Origin: an uncultured delta proteobacterium
GTDB lineage: Bacteria; Myxococcota_A; Polyangia; Polyangiales; Polyangiaceae
DNA: 64,000 nt
Assembly: GCA_963841435.1 (NCBI GenBank)
Contig: CAWJCS010000003.1
Coordinates: 1,152,001 to 1,216,000, forward strand
Reading direction: 5' to 3'
Part shown: piece after piece, positions 27,298 to 37,826 of the stretch
Layout: every line of letters begins with the position of its first letter
How positions within the stretch are numbered: position 1 is the first letter of the stretch
The notes under the pieces: generated by a model
Told to the model about the DNA's origin: nothing
The model's database searches: none
The model's input: the letters and a program-made list of their open reading frames with translations, nothing else
Made by a program: the position numbers and the translations under genes

Positions 27298-27927
27298 ATG
27301 TTGCTCATCGGACAGTACGATTCGCCCTTCGTGCGCCGCGCCGCGGTCGCCCTGAAGCTCTACGACATGCCGTACGAGCATCGCCCCTGGTCAACGTGGG
27401 CCGACGCCGAGCGCATCGCCGAGCTGAGCCCGCTCGGCCGAGTGCCCGTGCTCGTGCTCGACGACGGCGAAGCGCTGTTGGATAGCGCGTCGATCCTCGA
27501 CTTTCTCGACGGCGAGGTCGGCCCCGAGCGCGCGCTCTGCCCCGCGCGGGGGCCCGAGCAACGTCTCTCGCTCTACGTCGCCGCGCTCGCGACGGGCCTC
27601 GCCGACAAGGCCGTTTCGCTCTTCTACGAGAGGCTCCTGCACCCGACGGTATCGGACACCTGGGTCGCTCGCTGTAGCGGCCAGATCGAGCGGACGCTGT
27701 CGACGCTCGAGAGCGACCGAGCCCGACAGACGACACCATACTGGCTCGGCACGAGCATCGGCCACGCGGACATCGCCGTCGCGTGCGCGCTCAGGTTCAC
27801 GAGCGAGGCCCACCCGGGGCACTTCGATCTGGAGCGCTACCCGGCGCTCGCCGAGCACGCCGCGCGCTGCGAAACGCTCGCGGCGTTCCGTGCCGTGGTA
27901 CAGCCGTTCCTCGTGAAGACGGCGTGA
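27298..27927 (+). CDS. Glutathione S-transferase family protein
   Basis: IGQYDSPFVRR, SPLGRVPVL, LDSASI, HADIAVAC. Confidence 0.9.
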   Translation: MLLIGQYDSPFVRRAAVALKLYDMPYEHRPWSTWADAERIAELSPLGRVPVLVLDDGEALLDSASILDFLDGEVGPERALCPARGPEQRLSLYVAALATGLADKAVSLFYERLLHPTVSDTWVARCSGQIERTLSTLESDRARQTTPYWLGTSIGHADIAVACALRFTSEAHPGHFDLERYPALAEHAARCETLAAFRAVVQPFLVKTA

Positions 27928-27994
27928 AACGGCTCTACCGCCGACGGGGCTTGCGACGGCGGCTATAGCTTTGGCACCCTGCGCCCGAACTTTC

Positions 27995-29017
27995 ATGCTT
28001 GGCGAGCAACCCACCCTCGACATTTCCGTCGTCGTCCCCGTCTACAACGAGGAGGAAAGCTTGCCGCACCTGGTGTCGGAGCTGCACGCCGCGCTCCGCC
28101 CGCTCGGTCGGAGCTACGAGCTCGTGCTCGTTGACGACGGCTCGCGCGACTCGAGCTTCGCGTTGCTCGAGCGCATGGCCGACAGCGACCCGGCGCTGAA
28201 CATCCTGCAATTTCGGCGTAACTTCGGGCAGACCGCAGCCATGCAGGCCGGCATCGACGCCGCGCGTGGCCGGCGCATCGTCACGATGGACGCCGATCTG
28301 CAGAACGATCCGGCCGACATCCCCAAGCTCCTCGCCAAGCTCGACGAGGGCTACGACCTCGTGGCCGGCTGGCGCAAGGACCGCAAGGACCCCTTCCTCA
28401 GCAGGCGCCTGCCGTCGATCCTCGCCAACAAGCTCATCGCCGCCGCGACCAAGGTCAAGCTCCACGACAACGGCTGCACGCTCAGGGCCATGACGTCGGA
28501 AGTTGCCAAGGATCTGCGCCTGTACGGCGAGATGCACCGCTTCATCGCCGCCGTCGCGACGTGGGTCGGGGCGCGGATCGTCGAGGTCCCCGTCAATCAC
28601 CGCGCGCGGCGCTACGGTCATTCCAAGTACGGCATCGGTCGCACGTTGCGCGTCGTGCTCGACCTCATCACCGTGCGCTTCATCCAGTCGTATCTCACGC
28701 GCCCCATGCAGGTTTTCGGCCTCGCGGGTCTCGCGAGCCTCGGGCTCGGCACGCTGACGTGCGCGTGGCTCGCCCTGGAAAAGCTCGCCTTTCACGCCAG
28801 CCTCTCCGATCGACCGCTGCTCCTGCTCGGCGTGCTGCTGATCGTCGTGGGGCTGCAGCTCTTGTCGCTCGGGCTCGTCGCCGACGTCGTGTCGCGCACG
28901 TACCACGAGTCACAGAACAAGCGGCCGTACTACGTGCGCACGCACCGCGTGGGCGCGGGTGCGACGGGACCAGTCGCCGCGCCACTGCCGTCGCCCGCCC
29001 AGCACGTGACGGGCTGA
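27995..29017 (+). CDS. GT2 polyprenol-phosphate glycosyltransferase (DPM1/ArnC-like)
   Basis: SVVVPVYNEE, VDDGSRD, RNFGQ, MDADLQNDP, two C-terminal TMs. Confidence 0.92.
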   Translation: MLGEQPTLDISVVVPVYNEEESLPHLVSELHAALRPLGRSYELVLVDDGSRDSSFALLERMADSDPALNILQFRRNFGQTAAMQAGIDAARGRRIVTMDADLQNDPADIPKLLAKLDEGYDLVAGWRKDRKDPFLSRRLPSILANKLIAAATKVKLHDNGCTLRAMTSEVAKDLRLYGEMHRFIAAVATWVGARIVEVPVNHRARRYGHSKYGIGRTLRVVLDLITVRFIQSYLTRPMQVFGLAGLASLGLGTLTCAWLALEKLAFHASLSDRPLLLLGVLLIVVGLQLLSLGLVADVVSRTYHESQNKRPYYVRTHRVGAGATGPVAAPLPSPAQHVTG

Positions 29018-29066
29018 CGCCGGCACCCCGGTCGTTCGAGGGCGATGCGCGGGTGCCCGGCGGGCA

Positions 29067-29465
29067 CTAGCCGACGAACGGACCGCAGTGCATGGCCGAC
29101 AGGTGGCAAGTGTAGGTGTCGGGGTCGGGGCAGTCGTCGGCGACGGTGCACGAGCACGCGTCGATGGGAACGCAGTCGCCGTAGCAGCTGCCTTCGACGC
29201 TCGGCACCTGCAGGGCAGGGCAGCTCGGAGGCGAGCGTTAACAGGTGACGACGCTGGTGTCACAGCTCGTCGTGGCTCCCGCGGTGCCGCCCGAAGCCGT
29301 TCCCGCGGTGCCGCCCGAGCCGGCAAGCGGCGCGCCGGAGCCGGCGGCACCAACTGGGGACGGGCCGCCGGGGCTCGACTCGCCGCTACAGCCGACGACG
29401 AGCACCATGCCGAAGGCGATCACCCAAGCGGCGCGCGGACCCGGGGCAGCGTGCGCTCGTCGCAT
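29067..29465 (-). CDS. Small Cys-rich lipoprotein interrupted by an in-frame TAA (29238-29240)
   Basis: Lipobox VVGC and G/T/A linker. The frame continues past TAA: RSPPSCPALQVPSVEGSCYGDCVPIDACSCTVADDCPDPDTYTCHLSAMHCGPFVG*. Confidence 0.7.
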
Positions 29466-29477
29466 CGAGCCAGCGTA

Positions 29478-31175
29478 TCACGGCCGAAGCTTGGAGAGGT
29501 CGAGCAGCTCGAGGGTTCCCGCGGCGTACACGATGGCACGCTCGGGCGGCGTTTCGAGAAAGAAGCCGCGCGCTTTTCCGGCGTCGAAGGCACGCTCAAT
29601 CTCGGCATCGAACGGCGCGAAATAGTCGGGGCCATGCTCGAGGTAGCGTCGGTCGACGAGCACGTGCGTCACGCCGAAGCGTTCGCCGAGCGCCGCGAGC
29701 GGCGCGGCGTCGCTCGCAAAATACGCCGCAATCAGCGCGCGCATGCGCTCCCGCATGCGATCGGCGTAGCGCACGTGGAACGGCATGTGCGTCTCCCGGG
29801 AGACGAGCACGGCGCGCTTCGATAGGTAGGGGATGCTATCGACCGTCTCACCGGGGAACCCGGCGACGACGGCAGCGACAGGTAGCTTGGCGAGCGCGTC
29901 GTAGAGAGGCTGCTCCCCGCGAGGCACGTGGACGGTGATGCCGGCCCACCCCGAGCCGTGCGCGCCGACGAGCGCGAGCACCGCAAGGACGTACGCCCAC
30001 GGCAGAGCGCGGAGCGCTCGACGCTTCGCGAAGCCTAGCGCAGCGAGCGTCGCGGGGACGCCGAGCAGCGCGACAATCGGCACACCGTAGGCGACGTAAC
30101 GCTCCGGGAGGAACAACCATGGGCTCACGAGGAGCGACAGCGTGTGGCAGACGACGAGGCTCGCTGGGAGCATCGCGAGGCGCAGCGCATCCGGGCGACG
30201 CCGGGCATTCGCGACCCAGCCGAGCGCCGCAAAAATCGCCAGGAGCGAGGCCAAATACGGCGCGCGCTCGCGAACGTCGAGCGCGGGGACGAGCGCCCGC
30301 TCGGCACCGAGCAGCGTCGCCTCGAGGGGTGCGCGCGCAGCGAACGGCAGGGCCGGAAACGGCGGACGGTCGACGGCGTCGAAGCGACCGTTCGGCCCCG
30401 CCTCGGGGTAACGGTCGTAGAGCGCGGGCGTGATGGGGTCGCCGTAGCGGGCGATGCGCACGACGGACGGGAGGAGCAGGAGCCCGGCGGCGAGCGCCGC
30501 GGCCGCAGCGACGACGGCACGCCGGCGCAGCGACCAGCCAGAGGCCGTCCCGCGCGCGCGCGCAGGCAAGAGGAGCAGCCCTACGAGCGAGCCGCCGAGC
30601 ATGAGGCCCGCCATCGGATAGGTCCCCGCGGCGAGCACCGTGAGGGCGGCCAAGAACACGACGCGACCCTCGACGAGGCAGGCGGCGCCCGCGGCGAGCA
30701 GGAGGGGCGCAAACCCGCGCGGCAAGCCCCCGCTCATGCGGGCGAGCAGTAAGGACGATCCGAGAGCGAGAGACAGCGTACCGAGTACGCCCGCAAGACC
30801 GGCGAGTCGATGGGCGGAGAACGCAAGCAGCGCAAGCGTCGCGGCGAGGAGCGCGTACGGAAGGAGCTTACTCAAGAGCTCGACGCCGACCACTCGGCCG
30901 ACGACGACGTAGAACAGATGGTAGAGATCGGGCAGACCCGCGAGGTAGTAGTCGGCGACCTCGTCGTTCGGGAAGAGCCGCGGAGCCTCGATCCGGAACA
31001 GCGGGTAGATGATGACGCGCACGTCGTCGGCGAAGTGGAAGCGGCCGAGCGAAAGGCGAACGTGCTCGAAGAGCGGCCGAGCGTGCATCACGAAAAGCGC
31101 CAGCCCGACGGCCGCCGCGGCCAGAGGGCCCCGAAGCCGCTCGAGGCGCTGCGCGAGCGAGCGGTGCTGTGGCAC
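29478..31175 (-). CDS. Multi-TM membrane protein, putative GT-C-fold glycosyltransferase (paralog of 48756-50528)
   Basis: Acidic DD in the first loop (ADDVRVIIYP), GGLPRGFA, PERY, C-terminal GVTHVLVD. Confidence 0.6.
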   Translation of the reverse strand: MPQHRSLAQRLERLRGPLAAAAVGLALFVMHARPLFEHVRLSLGRFHFADDVRVIIYPLFRIEAPRLFPNDEVADYYLAGLPDLYHLFYVVVGRVVGVELLSKLLPYALLAATLALLAFSAHRLAGLAGVLGTLSLALGSSLLLARMSGGLPRGFAPLLLAAGAACLVEGRVVFLAALTVLAAGTYPMAGLMLGGSLVGLLLLPARARGTASGWSLRRRAVVAAAAALAAGLLLLPSVVRIARYGDPITPALYDRYPEAGPNGRFDAVDRPPFPALPFAARAPLEATLLGAERALVPALDVRERAPYLASLLAIFAALGWVANARRRPDALRLAMLPASLVVCHTLSLLVSPWLFLPERYVAYGVPIVALLGVPATLAALGFAKRRALRALPWAYVLAVLALVGAHGSGWAGITVHVPRGEQPLYDALAKLPVAAVVAGFPGETVDSIPYLSKRAVLVSRETHMPFHVRYADRMRERMRALIAAYFASDAAPLAALGERFGVTHVLVDRRYLEHGPDYFAPFDAEIERAFDAGKARGFFLETPPERAIVYAAGTLELLDLSKLRP

Positions 31176-31235
31176 GCGGCGAAGCCTATAACACGATTGT
31201 CGCGGGTTTGACGCCGCGCTAGTACGGCGTCCCGT

Positions 31236-33723
31236 ATGCTCGAGCGGCTCTCGCGCCATTTCAAGCTCGGCGTCCGCTCGCTCTTCGTGCTCTCGGTGCT
31301 CGTCGGCGCGCTCGTCGTGTTCGCGCGCATCGTCGACGAGCACTACCCCATCGACGAGTGGCTGTTCTGGCGGTTCGCGGCCTACTGGGTTTGCTCGGCC
31401 GCGTGGCTCGTGGGTGTGCTCGGCGTCGGGCAGCTCACCGTGACGCGGCTCTTTCGCCTCGAGCTGCCGCTCCACGAGACGACCGTCATTGCCGTGGCCG
31501 TCGGACTGTTCGAGTTCGAGCTCGCGATGCTCGGCGTGGGCGCCCTGCACGGCTTCCAACCCGCGACCTTCGGGCTGGTTCCGCTCGTGTTCCTCGCGGG
31601 CGGATACCGCGGCGCGCAGTCGCTGTTCGCGCGGTTTCGCGCGCTGTTCGAGCGGCGGCGGCCGACGCTCGGCGCGCTCGAGCTCGCCGCTGTCGCCTTC
31701 GGCCTGCTCGTCTTCGCACTGATCTACTTCGCGATGCTCACGCCCGAGAACGTGCAGTTCGACTCGCGCTGGAAGCACATGTCGCTCGCCGAGGACTGGG
31801 TCGCGTATGGCGGGCTCCGACGACAGGCTGAGGGCTGGCTCTTCGCGGCGCGGCCGCACATGACGAGCCTGCTGTTCAGCTGGGCGTTTCTCCTGCCCGG
31901 CGCCCGCCTGTTCGACAAGATGCTGCTCTGTGCCCACCTCGAGCTCGTCATCTTCATGGTGACGACGCTCGTCGGCATCCCCGCACTCGTGCGCCGACTC
32001 GTGCCGGGGGTGGATCCGCGCGTGGTGTGGGTGGCGCGTTTTCTCTTCCCCGGCGTCCTACTCTACGACAGCTCGCTGAGCGCCGGCATCGACCACATCG
32101 GCGCGCTCTTCATGATCCCGGCGGCGCTCTGTCTCACGAGGGCCTGGCCTCGCCTCGACCCTCGCCCGACGCTGCTGCTCGCGTTGATGCTCGCGGCCGG
32201 GCTGGTCGTGAAGGAAACCATCGCCCTCATGCTCCTGCCCGTCCCGGTCGCGACCGTGATCGCGCGCGCTCTCTTCCTTTTGGTTCAGGGCTTGCGGGGC
32301 AAGGTCCAGCCGGGGCTCTTGCGAAACGCCTGGCGCTCGCCGCTCCTGGCCGCCGCGGTCGCCGTCCTCGCGACGGCGCCGCTCTGGCTCGAGAATCTGA
32401 TCTGGTTCGGCGATCCACTCTACCCGACCCTGCATGCTTTCTTCTCGCCGCACCCCTGGTCGGCGAATGCGGCCTACCGCTTCCGCTGGGGCTACGAACA
32501 AGCCCAGATGTGGGCCCCGGATCGCGACCTCGAGGGCGTGGCGCAGACGCTGCGCGCGCTCGTGACGTTCTCGTTCGAGCCTCACGATTGGAAGCGCTTC
32601 CACAAGAGCGTGCCGGTGTTCGGCTCGCTGTTCACGCTGCTCTGCGCCGTTTTGCCGTTCTGCAAGGGCACGAAGCGCATCTGGGCGCTCGTCGGCTGGA
32701 TCTACGTCGCGATCTTCGCCTGGTTCTCCGTGCACCATCAGGACCGCTACCTGCAGGGCCTCATGCCGCTCATGGCGAGCGCGACCGCGGCGACGATGGC
32801 GCTCGTCTGGCGACAACATGGCACCGTCGTGCGCGGCGCGCTCTCGGCGCTCGTCGGCCTGCAGATCATCTGGGGCGGCGACGTGGCGTTCTTCCAGACG
32901 CACGCCATGGCCCGCTCACCGCTGAAGAAGTCCATCGACCTCTTGAGCGCCGGCTTCGAGCATCGCTACGGCTCGCGCTTCAACATCCAGACGAGCTACC
33001 AGAACATCGGCAAGCGCCTGCCGCCCGGTGCGCGCGTGTTGATGCACGAAACCAACATCAATCTTGGCACGGGGCACACCACCGTGCTCGACAACCCCGG
33101 CTGGCAGTACGCCATCGAGTACGGCATGCAGAAGAGCCCCGCGGAGCTCCACGCGTTGCTCTCGAGCCTGGGCGTCACGCATCTTCACGCGCGCATCGAC
33201 AAGTCGAAGGGGACCGACAGCCTCGCCGGTGACATCCGCTTTTACGACTACCTGCGCCGCTACGCGCAAAACCCCGAGCGGCTCTCGAGCGGGCTGCTCG
33301 CGGAGCTCGGCGATGCTCCCGAAGGACCCTTCGACGACAGCGTCGCCATACTGAGCTGCGGGCACGACTACCAGCCGGGGCTCTACAAGGTTCTGGACCT
33401 CGCCACGCCGCCGTTCGGGCCGCGCATGGACGAGCTGCCCGAACCACGCACGCCCGCGACGCTGCCTGACGACACCCCGCGGCTCGTCCGCGAGGCCGAG
33501 TTCGTCGTGGTCAACCCCCGCTGCTTCGACGGCGGCGTTCCCGGGCTGCGCAGCGACCACTCGCTGCTCATCCGTCGCAACGGCTCGAAGGCGATGTCGT
33601 CCTACGAGATTCTGGGTCCGGGGCTCGCTCGAGCGGCCGGGACGGGAGCCAATCGGCGAGGATCGCGAACAGGACGACGACGTTCCGGGCGACGCGCCCG
33701 ACGAGGACGGGACGACGGAGTAA
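31236..33723 (+). CDS. Large multi-TM membrane protein, putative GT-C glycosyltransferase (C-terminal frameshift ~33610)
   Basis: Many TMs, FDSRWKH, WFGDPLYP, QDRYL, GVTHL. The corrected frame (YEIWVR...EDGTTE*) ends at TAA 33721-33723 and removes the overlap with the convergent gene. Confidence 0.65.
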
Positions 33724-33751
33724 CCCGCCGCGGAGCGCGGCTCGCGTCGGG

Positions 33752-34717
33752 TCAGGACGGCAGGCTCGTATCGGAGGCCGAAAGGGCACGCACGACGCCC
33801 CAGACGAGCACCTCCGCGACGAGCGAGGCTGCGCGCGAGATGACGACGGCGCCGAGCGCGCCGGCCGCACCGACGGACGGGGTGAGCCCAGCGAGCAGCA
33901 CGGCTTCGCGAACGCCGAGCCCGGCGGGCGCCGCGAGCACGACGAAGCCGGCGACCGACGCGATCACGTAAAAGCCCATCGCGGTCAGACCGGCGTCGGC
34001 GCTCGCGCCGAGCGCGCGGCTCAGGAGCAGGCCGTGCAGCGCGACGAGCGACCAGTAGCCGACCTGCACGAGCGGCACGAAAAGCGGCACCACGGGACCC
34101 TGCCCGCCCGGCGCGATGAGCAGCCGGACCCTGGCCGGGATGAAACGCCGGTCGAGCACGAGGAGCGCGACCAGGCCGAGCAGCGCCCCGACGAAGCCGG
34201 GCAGCGCGAGGCGACCGAGCACGCCACCGAGCCCCGCGTTCGGCGTGGTCACGGAGAGCACGGCGAAGCCGACCACGGCTCCCGTCGCCGTCCACGACAG
34301 CGACTCGACGAGCACGGACACGCCGACCAGCGTGCGCGTCAAGCCGATGCGCGGCGCACCCTCCATGCGCACGAGCGGCAAGCCCACCTTGCCGGGCGTG
34401 TAGCGCGCAAGCTGCGACAACAAGTAAAGCGCGAGCGAGCGCGTGCGCGGCACACGCCGGTCTGCCATGCGCTCGACCAGAACGATCCACGCCGTCCCCT
34501 GCACGAGGCACGAAAGCAGGAGCGGAATGCAGGCCACGACGGCGGCCCCCGGGGCGAGCGTGACGCTGCTGCCTTCCCAGCTCGTAACGAGGTCGCGCGC
34601 GGCCAGAACCACGAACGCGGCCGCGAGCACGTTCATCACGGGCCGGAGCCAGCGCTTGAACTTGCCGGCCTGCGCCACCGCGTCGAGCGGGACGTCGTTT
34701 TCGGGCGTGCCGTTCAT
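33752..34717 (-). CDS. Lysylphosphatidylglycerol-synthase-TM (flippase-like) membrane protein
   Basis: SQLARYTPGK, APAGLGVREAVL, ISR; about eight TMs. Confidence 0.8.
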   Translation of the reverse strand: MNGTPENDVPLDAVAQAGKFKRWLRPVMNVLAAAFVVLAARDLVTSWEGSSVTLAPGAAVVACIPLLLSCLVQGTAWIVLVERMADRRVPRTRSLALYLLSQLARYTPGKVGLPLVRMEGAPRIGLTRTLVGVSVLVESLSWTATGAVVGFAVLSVTTPNAGLGGVLGRLALPGFVGALLGLVALLVLDRRFIPARVRLLIAPGGQGPVVPLFVPLVQVGYWSLVALHGLLLSRALGASADAGLTAMGFYVIASVAGFVVLAAPAGLGVREAVLLAGLTPSVGAAGALGAVVISRAASLVAEVLVWGVVRALSASDTSLPS

Positions 34718-34729
34718 GGCCGTGCTGGG

Positions 34730-36982
34730 TCAGAGACCCCAGTCGTCCAGCAGCTGAGCGTTGCCCTCGGTGGAATAGCCCTTCTTCATGAGCGCAAAAT
34801 CGCCGACGCGCCGGAAAACCCCGTAGCGCCCCGACTCGAGAGCCTCCTTCATCGTCGGTCGCGTTTTCGAGAGCTTGAGCTCACGGCTCGAGCCCAAGAT
34901 CCATTCGGCCCACTGGGGCCCGCCGCGCATGGAGAAGAAGTTCACGCGCGAGGACAGGTGCGGGCCGACCTTCTCGGTCGCGGCAACCGGCGCGTCCGGC
35001 GGAATGCTCGTGATGATCTCCATCAGCTCGTCGTGACGGGCGCGCTCCTCGTCGCTTAGCGTGAACTCGATGCGGTTGAATCCGGCCTTGAAGCTGCCCT
35101 CTCGACGCGCAAAAGCTCCATAGTTGTAGGAGAGCACGATCGTGGACGCGGCCATGGCGGCGATGGCGGCGTGCGAGCGCACGACGCCTTCTGGGCCCGT
35201 CGCGCGAATCGCCGCAAGAGCGAGGGCGCTCGCCATGAAAAGGTAGGGGGCCCAATGCATGATGTAGTGGAAGGAAAACGTCACGGGCGGGTCGTAATTC
35301 GTGACGAGCAGCGTGAGAAAGCCTCCCGGGACGAGCGCCGCCCAGAGGTACCAGCGCCTGAGCGGCAGGAACACGATCGGCAACAAGAGGTGCAGAAGGT
35401 AGAGGATCTTCTTCTCGACGATCACCTTGTCGAGCACGAACATGGGATTGGTGACGAGCGTTTTGATGACGCTGCGGAAGCCGCGCTCCCCGTCCGCCCA
35501 CAGGTCCTTGTACATGTTCGGGAACCACCAACTGCCGGCCTGCTCCATCACGTAGAATCGGAGGAAGCAGAAGTAGCTCGTCGCCACACAGGCGATCACG
35601 AGGCCGGGCAGCGGGCGATAACCCGTGAGCAAAAGGAAGACGCCGAATACGGCGATGCCGATGGCGACGTCCTCGCGCATGAGCAGCGCTGCGGCGACGG
35701 CGAATGCGAGCACGCGGTAGCGCTTCGCGTCCGCCGCCCAGACCGACAAGAACACGAAGAAGGCCGCGACGGGCAGCGCCTGGAACTCGGAGAAGCTCGC
35801 CCCGTGAAGCGGGTAATACGAGAGGTAGCAAAGGCTCACGAAGACGGCGATCCACTCGGGCACGTGGCGCTTCGCGAACGCGAACAACGGGAGCGCCCCG
35901 AAACCGACGAAAAAAGACTGGAGCACGAGCAGCGTCTCGGGCCGCGGCACGAGCGCGTAGATCGGCAGGAACAGGTAGGCGCCGAACTTGGCGTGGTTCG
36001 CGAGGTACTTCGGCGGTTCCTTGGGAAAGACCACGGGGCTTTCGAGGAAGTGGCCGTGAAGGCCGCCGTACATCAGGTTGTTGTTGATCGAGAGATCGTA
36101 GTTTCCCGTTCTCAGTTTGTAGTGCCAGCGGAGCGTGTAAAAACTGAAGAACGCTGCGTAGCCGAGCGCTGCGATCACCACGGTCGCGAGGGCGCCGTGT
36201 CGCCGCGCGATGGGGGGGATCTGGGCGAACGCTTCCTCGAACCAGGCGGCCACGCTCGCCGGTACGTTCGAGAGCGACTGGACCGCCAGTCGCTCGAAGA
36301 TCACGACGAGGAAGAGCAGGGCCGGCAGCAGCGCGTCGTAGCGGCTCACCCAGATCCGAGCGCGGAACATCAGGGGAACGAACGGCAGGAGCACGAGCGG
36401 GGACAAAAACCAGGCCCAGCGCTCCACAATCGCGAGATCGAGGCCACGGCGCTGCCGGAAGAAGAGCACGCCTGCGCCAACGAGCGCGCCGGCCACGAGC
36501 CCGACGCCGAACATCGTGATGAGCGGCTGGCGCTGGCCCGGCTCGAGCGTGTTCTCGAGCACGAAGGTGTCGAGCCACGGCGCGCGGAACGCAACCTGCG
36601 TCCATGACGCGACGGCGGCCCCGATCAGGGTCGAGATCAAGATGACGCGGGCGCTCAGCGTGAAGAGCGCATCACGCGCCGAGGCGTCGAGCGGCATCGA
36701 CCGAGCGCGACTCGGCATAGCCGGAGTCGAGACGGCGGGGGCGTCGGCTTCGGGTGCCGTCGTCTCGGGCGGGGAGTCCGGGCGCGCGTCCTCGATGGGG
36801 GGCGTGCCCTGCGCGCCGGGATCGCCGGTCGTGACCCCGGCGTCACCCCCACCCTCGAAAGCCACGGGTGCGGCGCCGACGGAGCCTTCGGTGCTCGACG
36901 CACCTTCGCCGTCCGGAGCGGGCTCGGCCGGCTCGGAGGGTGCGCTGGGGCGGGTGCTGCGGACCTCCTCGGAGCCGCTCAT
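34730..36982 (-). CDS. DUF2079-type multi-TM protein (GT-C-like)
   Basis: YDLSINNN, NH...LFLPIYAL.P.PETLL.LQ, LLMREDV, FHY, PHLSSR. Confidence 0.75.
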   Translation of the reverse strand: MSGSEEVRSTRPSAPSEPAEPAPDGEGASSTEGSVGAAPVAFEGGGDAGVTTGDPGAQGTPPIEDARPDSPPETTAPEADAPAVSTPAMPSRARSMPLDASARDALFTLSARVILISTLIGAAVASWTQVAFRAPWLDTFVLENTLEPGQRQPLITMFGVGLVAGALVGAGVLFFRQRRGLDLAIVERWAWFLSPLVLLPFVPLMFRARIWVSRYDALLPALLFLVVIFERLAVQSLSNVPASVAAWFEEAFAQIPPIARRHGALATVVIAALGYAAFFSFYTLRWHYKLRTGNYDLSINNNLMYGGLHGHFLESPVVFPKEPPKYLANHAKFGAYLFLPIYALVPRPETLLVLQSFFVGFGALPLFAFAKRHVPEWIAVFVSLCYLSYYPLHGASFSEFQALPVAAFFVFLSVWAADAKRYRVLAFAVAAALLMREDVAIGIAVFGVFLLLTGYRPLPGLVIACVATSYFCFLRFYVMEQAGSWWFPNMYKDLWADGERGFRSVIKTLVTNPMFVLDKVIVEKKILYLLHLLLPIVFLPLRRWYLWAALVPGGFLTLLVTNYDPPVTFSFHYIMHWAPYLFMASALALAAIRATGPEGVVRSHAAIAAMAASTIVLSYNYGAFARREGSFKAGFNRIEFTLSDEERARHDELMEIITSIPPDAPVAATEKVGPHLSSRVNFFSMRGGPQWAEWILGSSRELKLSKTRPTMKEALESGRYGVFRRVGDFALMKKGYSTEGNAQLLDDWGL

Positions 36983-37060
36983 CGTCGCCCGTACTACATC
37001 AAAGCCGGGCCGCGGGCGAACCACGGGAGGACGCACACGGGCCTTCGTGCTACGAAGAAC

Positions 37061-37822
37061 ATGATGCGTTGGGCGGTGCTGGTTTCGCTGGCGTTCTCTG
37101 CCGCGGTGGGGTGCGGCGGGCGTTCCGACTACTTCGACGAGGGCGTGGGCGGCACCTTCGGGACGGGTGGAAGCGGGGGCAAGGGTGGCTCCAGCGTCGG
37201 CGGCTCCAGCGTCGGCGGCTCCAGCGTCGGCGGCTCTAGCGTCGGCGGCTCTAGCGTCGGCGGCTCTAGCGTCGGCGGCTCCAGCGTCGGTGGCTCCAGC
37301 GTCGGTGGCGTCGGGGGGGCAGGGGGCAGCATCGGTGGCGTGGGTGGCGCGTTTGGCGGCAGCGGCGGCACCGGTGGCGTCAGCGCCTCCGGGGGAACCG
37401 GCGGCTCGGCGGTGGGAGGCGCCGGCGGCGTCGGCGGCTCGTTCGGCGGCAAGGGCGGCACCGGTGGCGTCGGCGGTTCGTTCGGCGGCACGGCAGGCTC
37501 CGCGGGCAAGGGCGGCACCGGCGGCACGGGAGGCTCCGCGGGCAAGGGCGGCACCGGCGGCTCCGCGGGCGCATCGCCCGGCGCCTGCCTCGACTGTCTC
37601 AACAGTACCTGCCCGGAGGCACAGCAGTGCTTCAGCAACACCGTCTGCGTCAACGGCATCATCTGCGGGCTCGGCGCTTGCCCGGGGCTCCAGGGTAGCG
37701 AGGCCATCGACTGCTGGATTGAGTGCTTCGGGGGAGACACCGGTCTCGCATTCACCGCCATCGGGGCCGCGCTCTGCCTGGGTGAGAACTGTTCGTCGGT
37801 CTGCTCGGGCTTTGGGCCGTAG
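37061..37822 (+). CDS. Gly/Ser-rich lipoprotein with Cys-rich C-terminal domain
   Basis: Lipobox AVGC, (GGSSV)8, G/T/S linker, then C..C....C.....C.....C.....C helical-Cys pattern. Confidence 0.8.
   Translation: MMRWAVLVSLAFSAAVGCGGRSDYFDEGVGGTFGTGGSGGKGGSSVGGSSVGGSSVGGSSVGGSSVGGSSVGGSSVGGSSVGGVGGAGGSIGGVGGAFGGSGGTGGVSASGGTGGSAVGGAGGVGGSFGGKGGTGGVGGSFGGTAGSAGKGGTGGTGGSAGKGGTGGSAGASPGACLDCLNSTCPEAQQCFSNTVCVNGIICGLGACPGLQGSEAIDCWIECFGGDTGLAFTAIGAALCLGENCSSVCSGFGP
37184..37303 (+). repeat. 15-bp tandem repeat x8 (GGYGGCTCYAGCGTC) encoding GGSSV
   Basis: Eight consecutive units read directly from the sequence. Confidence 0.92.
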
Positions 37823-37826
37823 CGTC

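Noticed and set aside
29238-29240. Stop-codon recoding (Sec/Pyl) or an alternative genetic code
   Set aside because: The codon is TAA, not TGA or TAG, and all three stops terminate other genes normally. A sequencing error or nonsense mutation is simpler.
33724-33971. Long convergent overlap between the 911-aa ORF and the flippase-like gene
   Set aside because: It disappears when the +1 indel at ~33610 is corrected (stop at 33723).
37167-37826. ASAAP-repeat N-terminal extension of the 1576-aa ORF, and TDAGA/TLEPP repeats on the - strand
   Set aside because: These are alternative-frame readings of the GGSSV repeat. The real TPR gene starts at ~37827 with a signal peptide.
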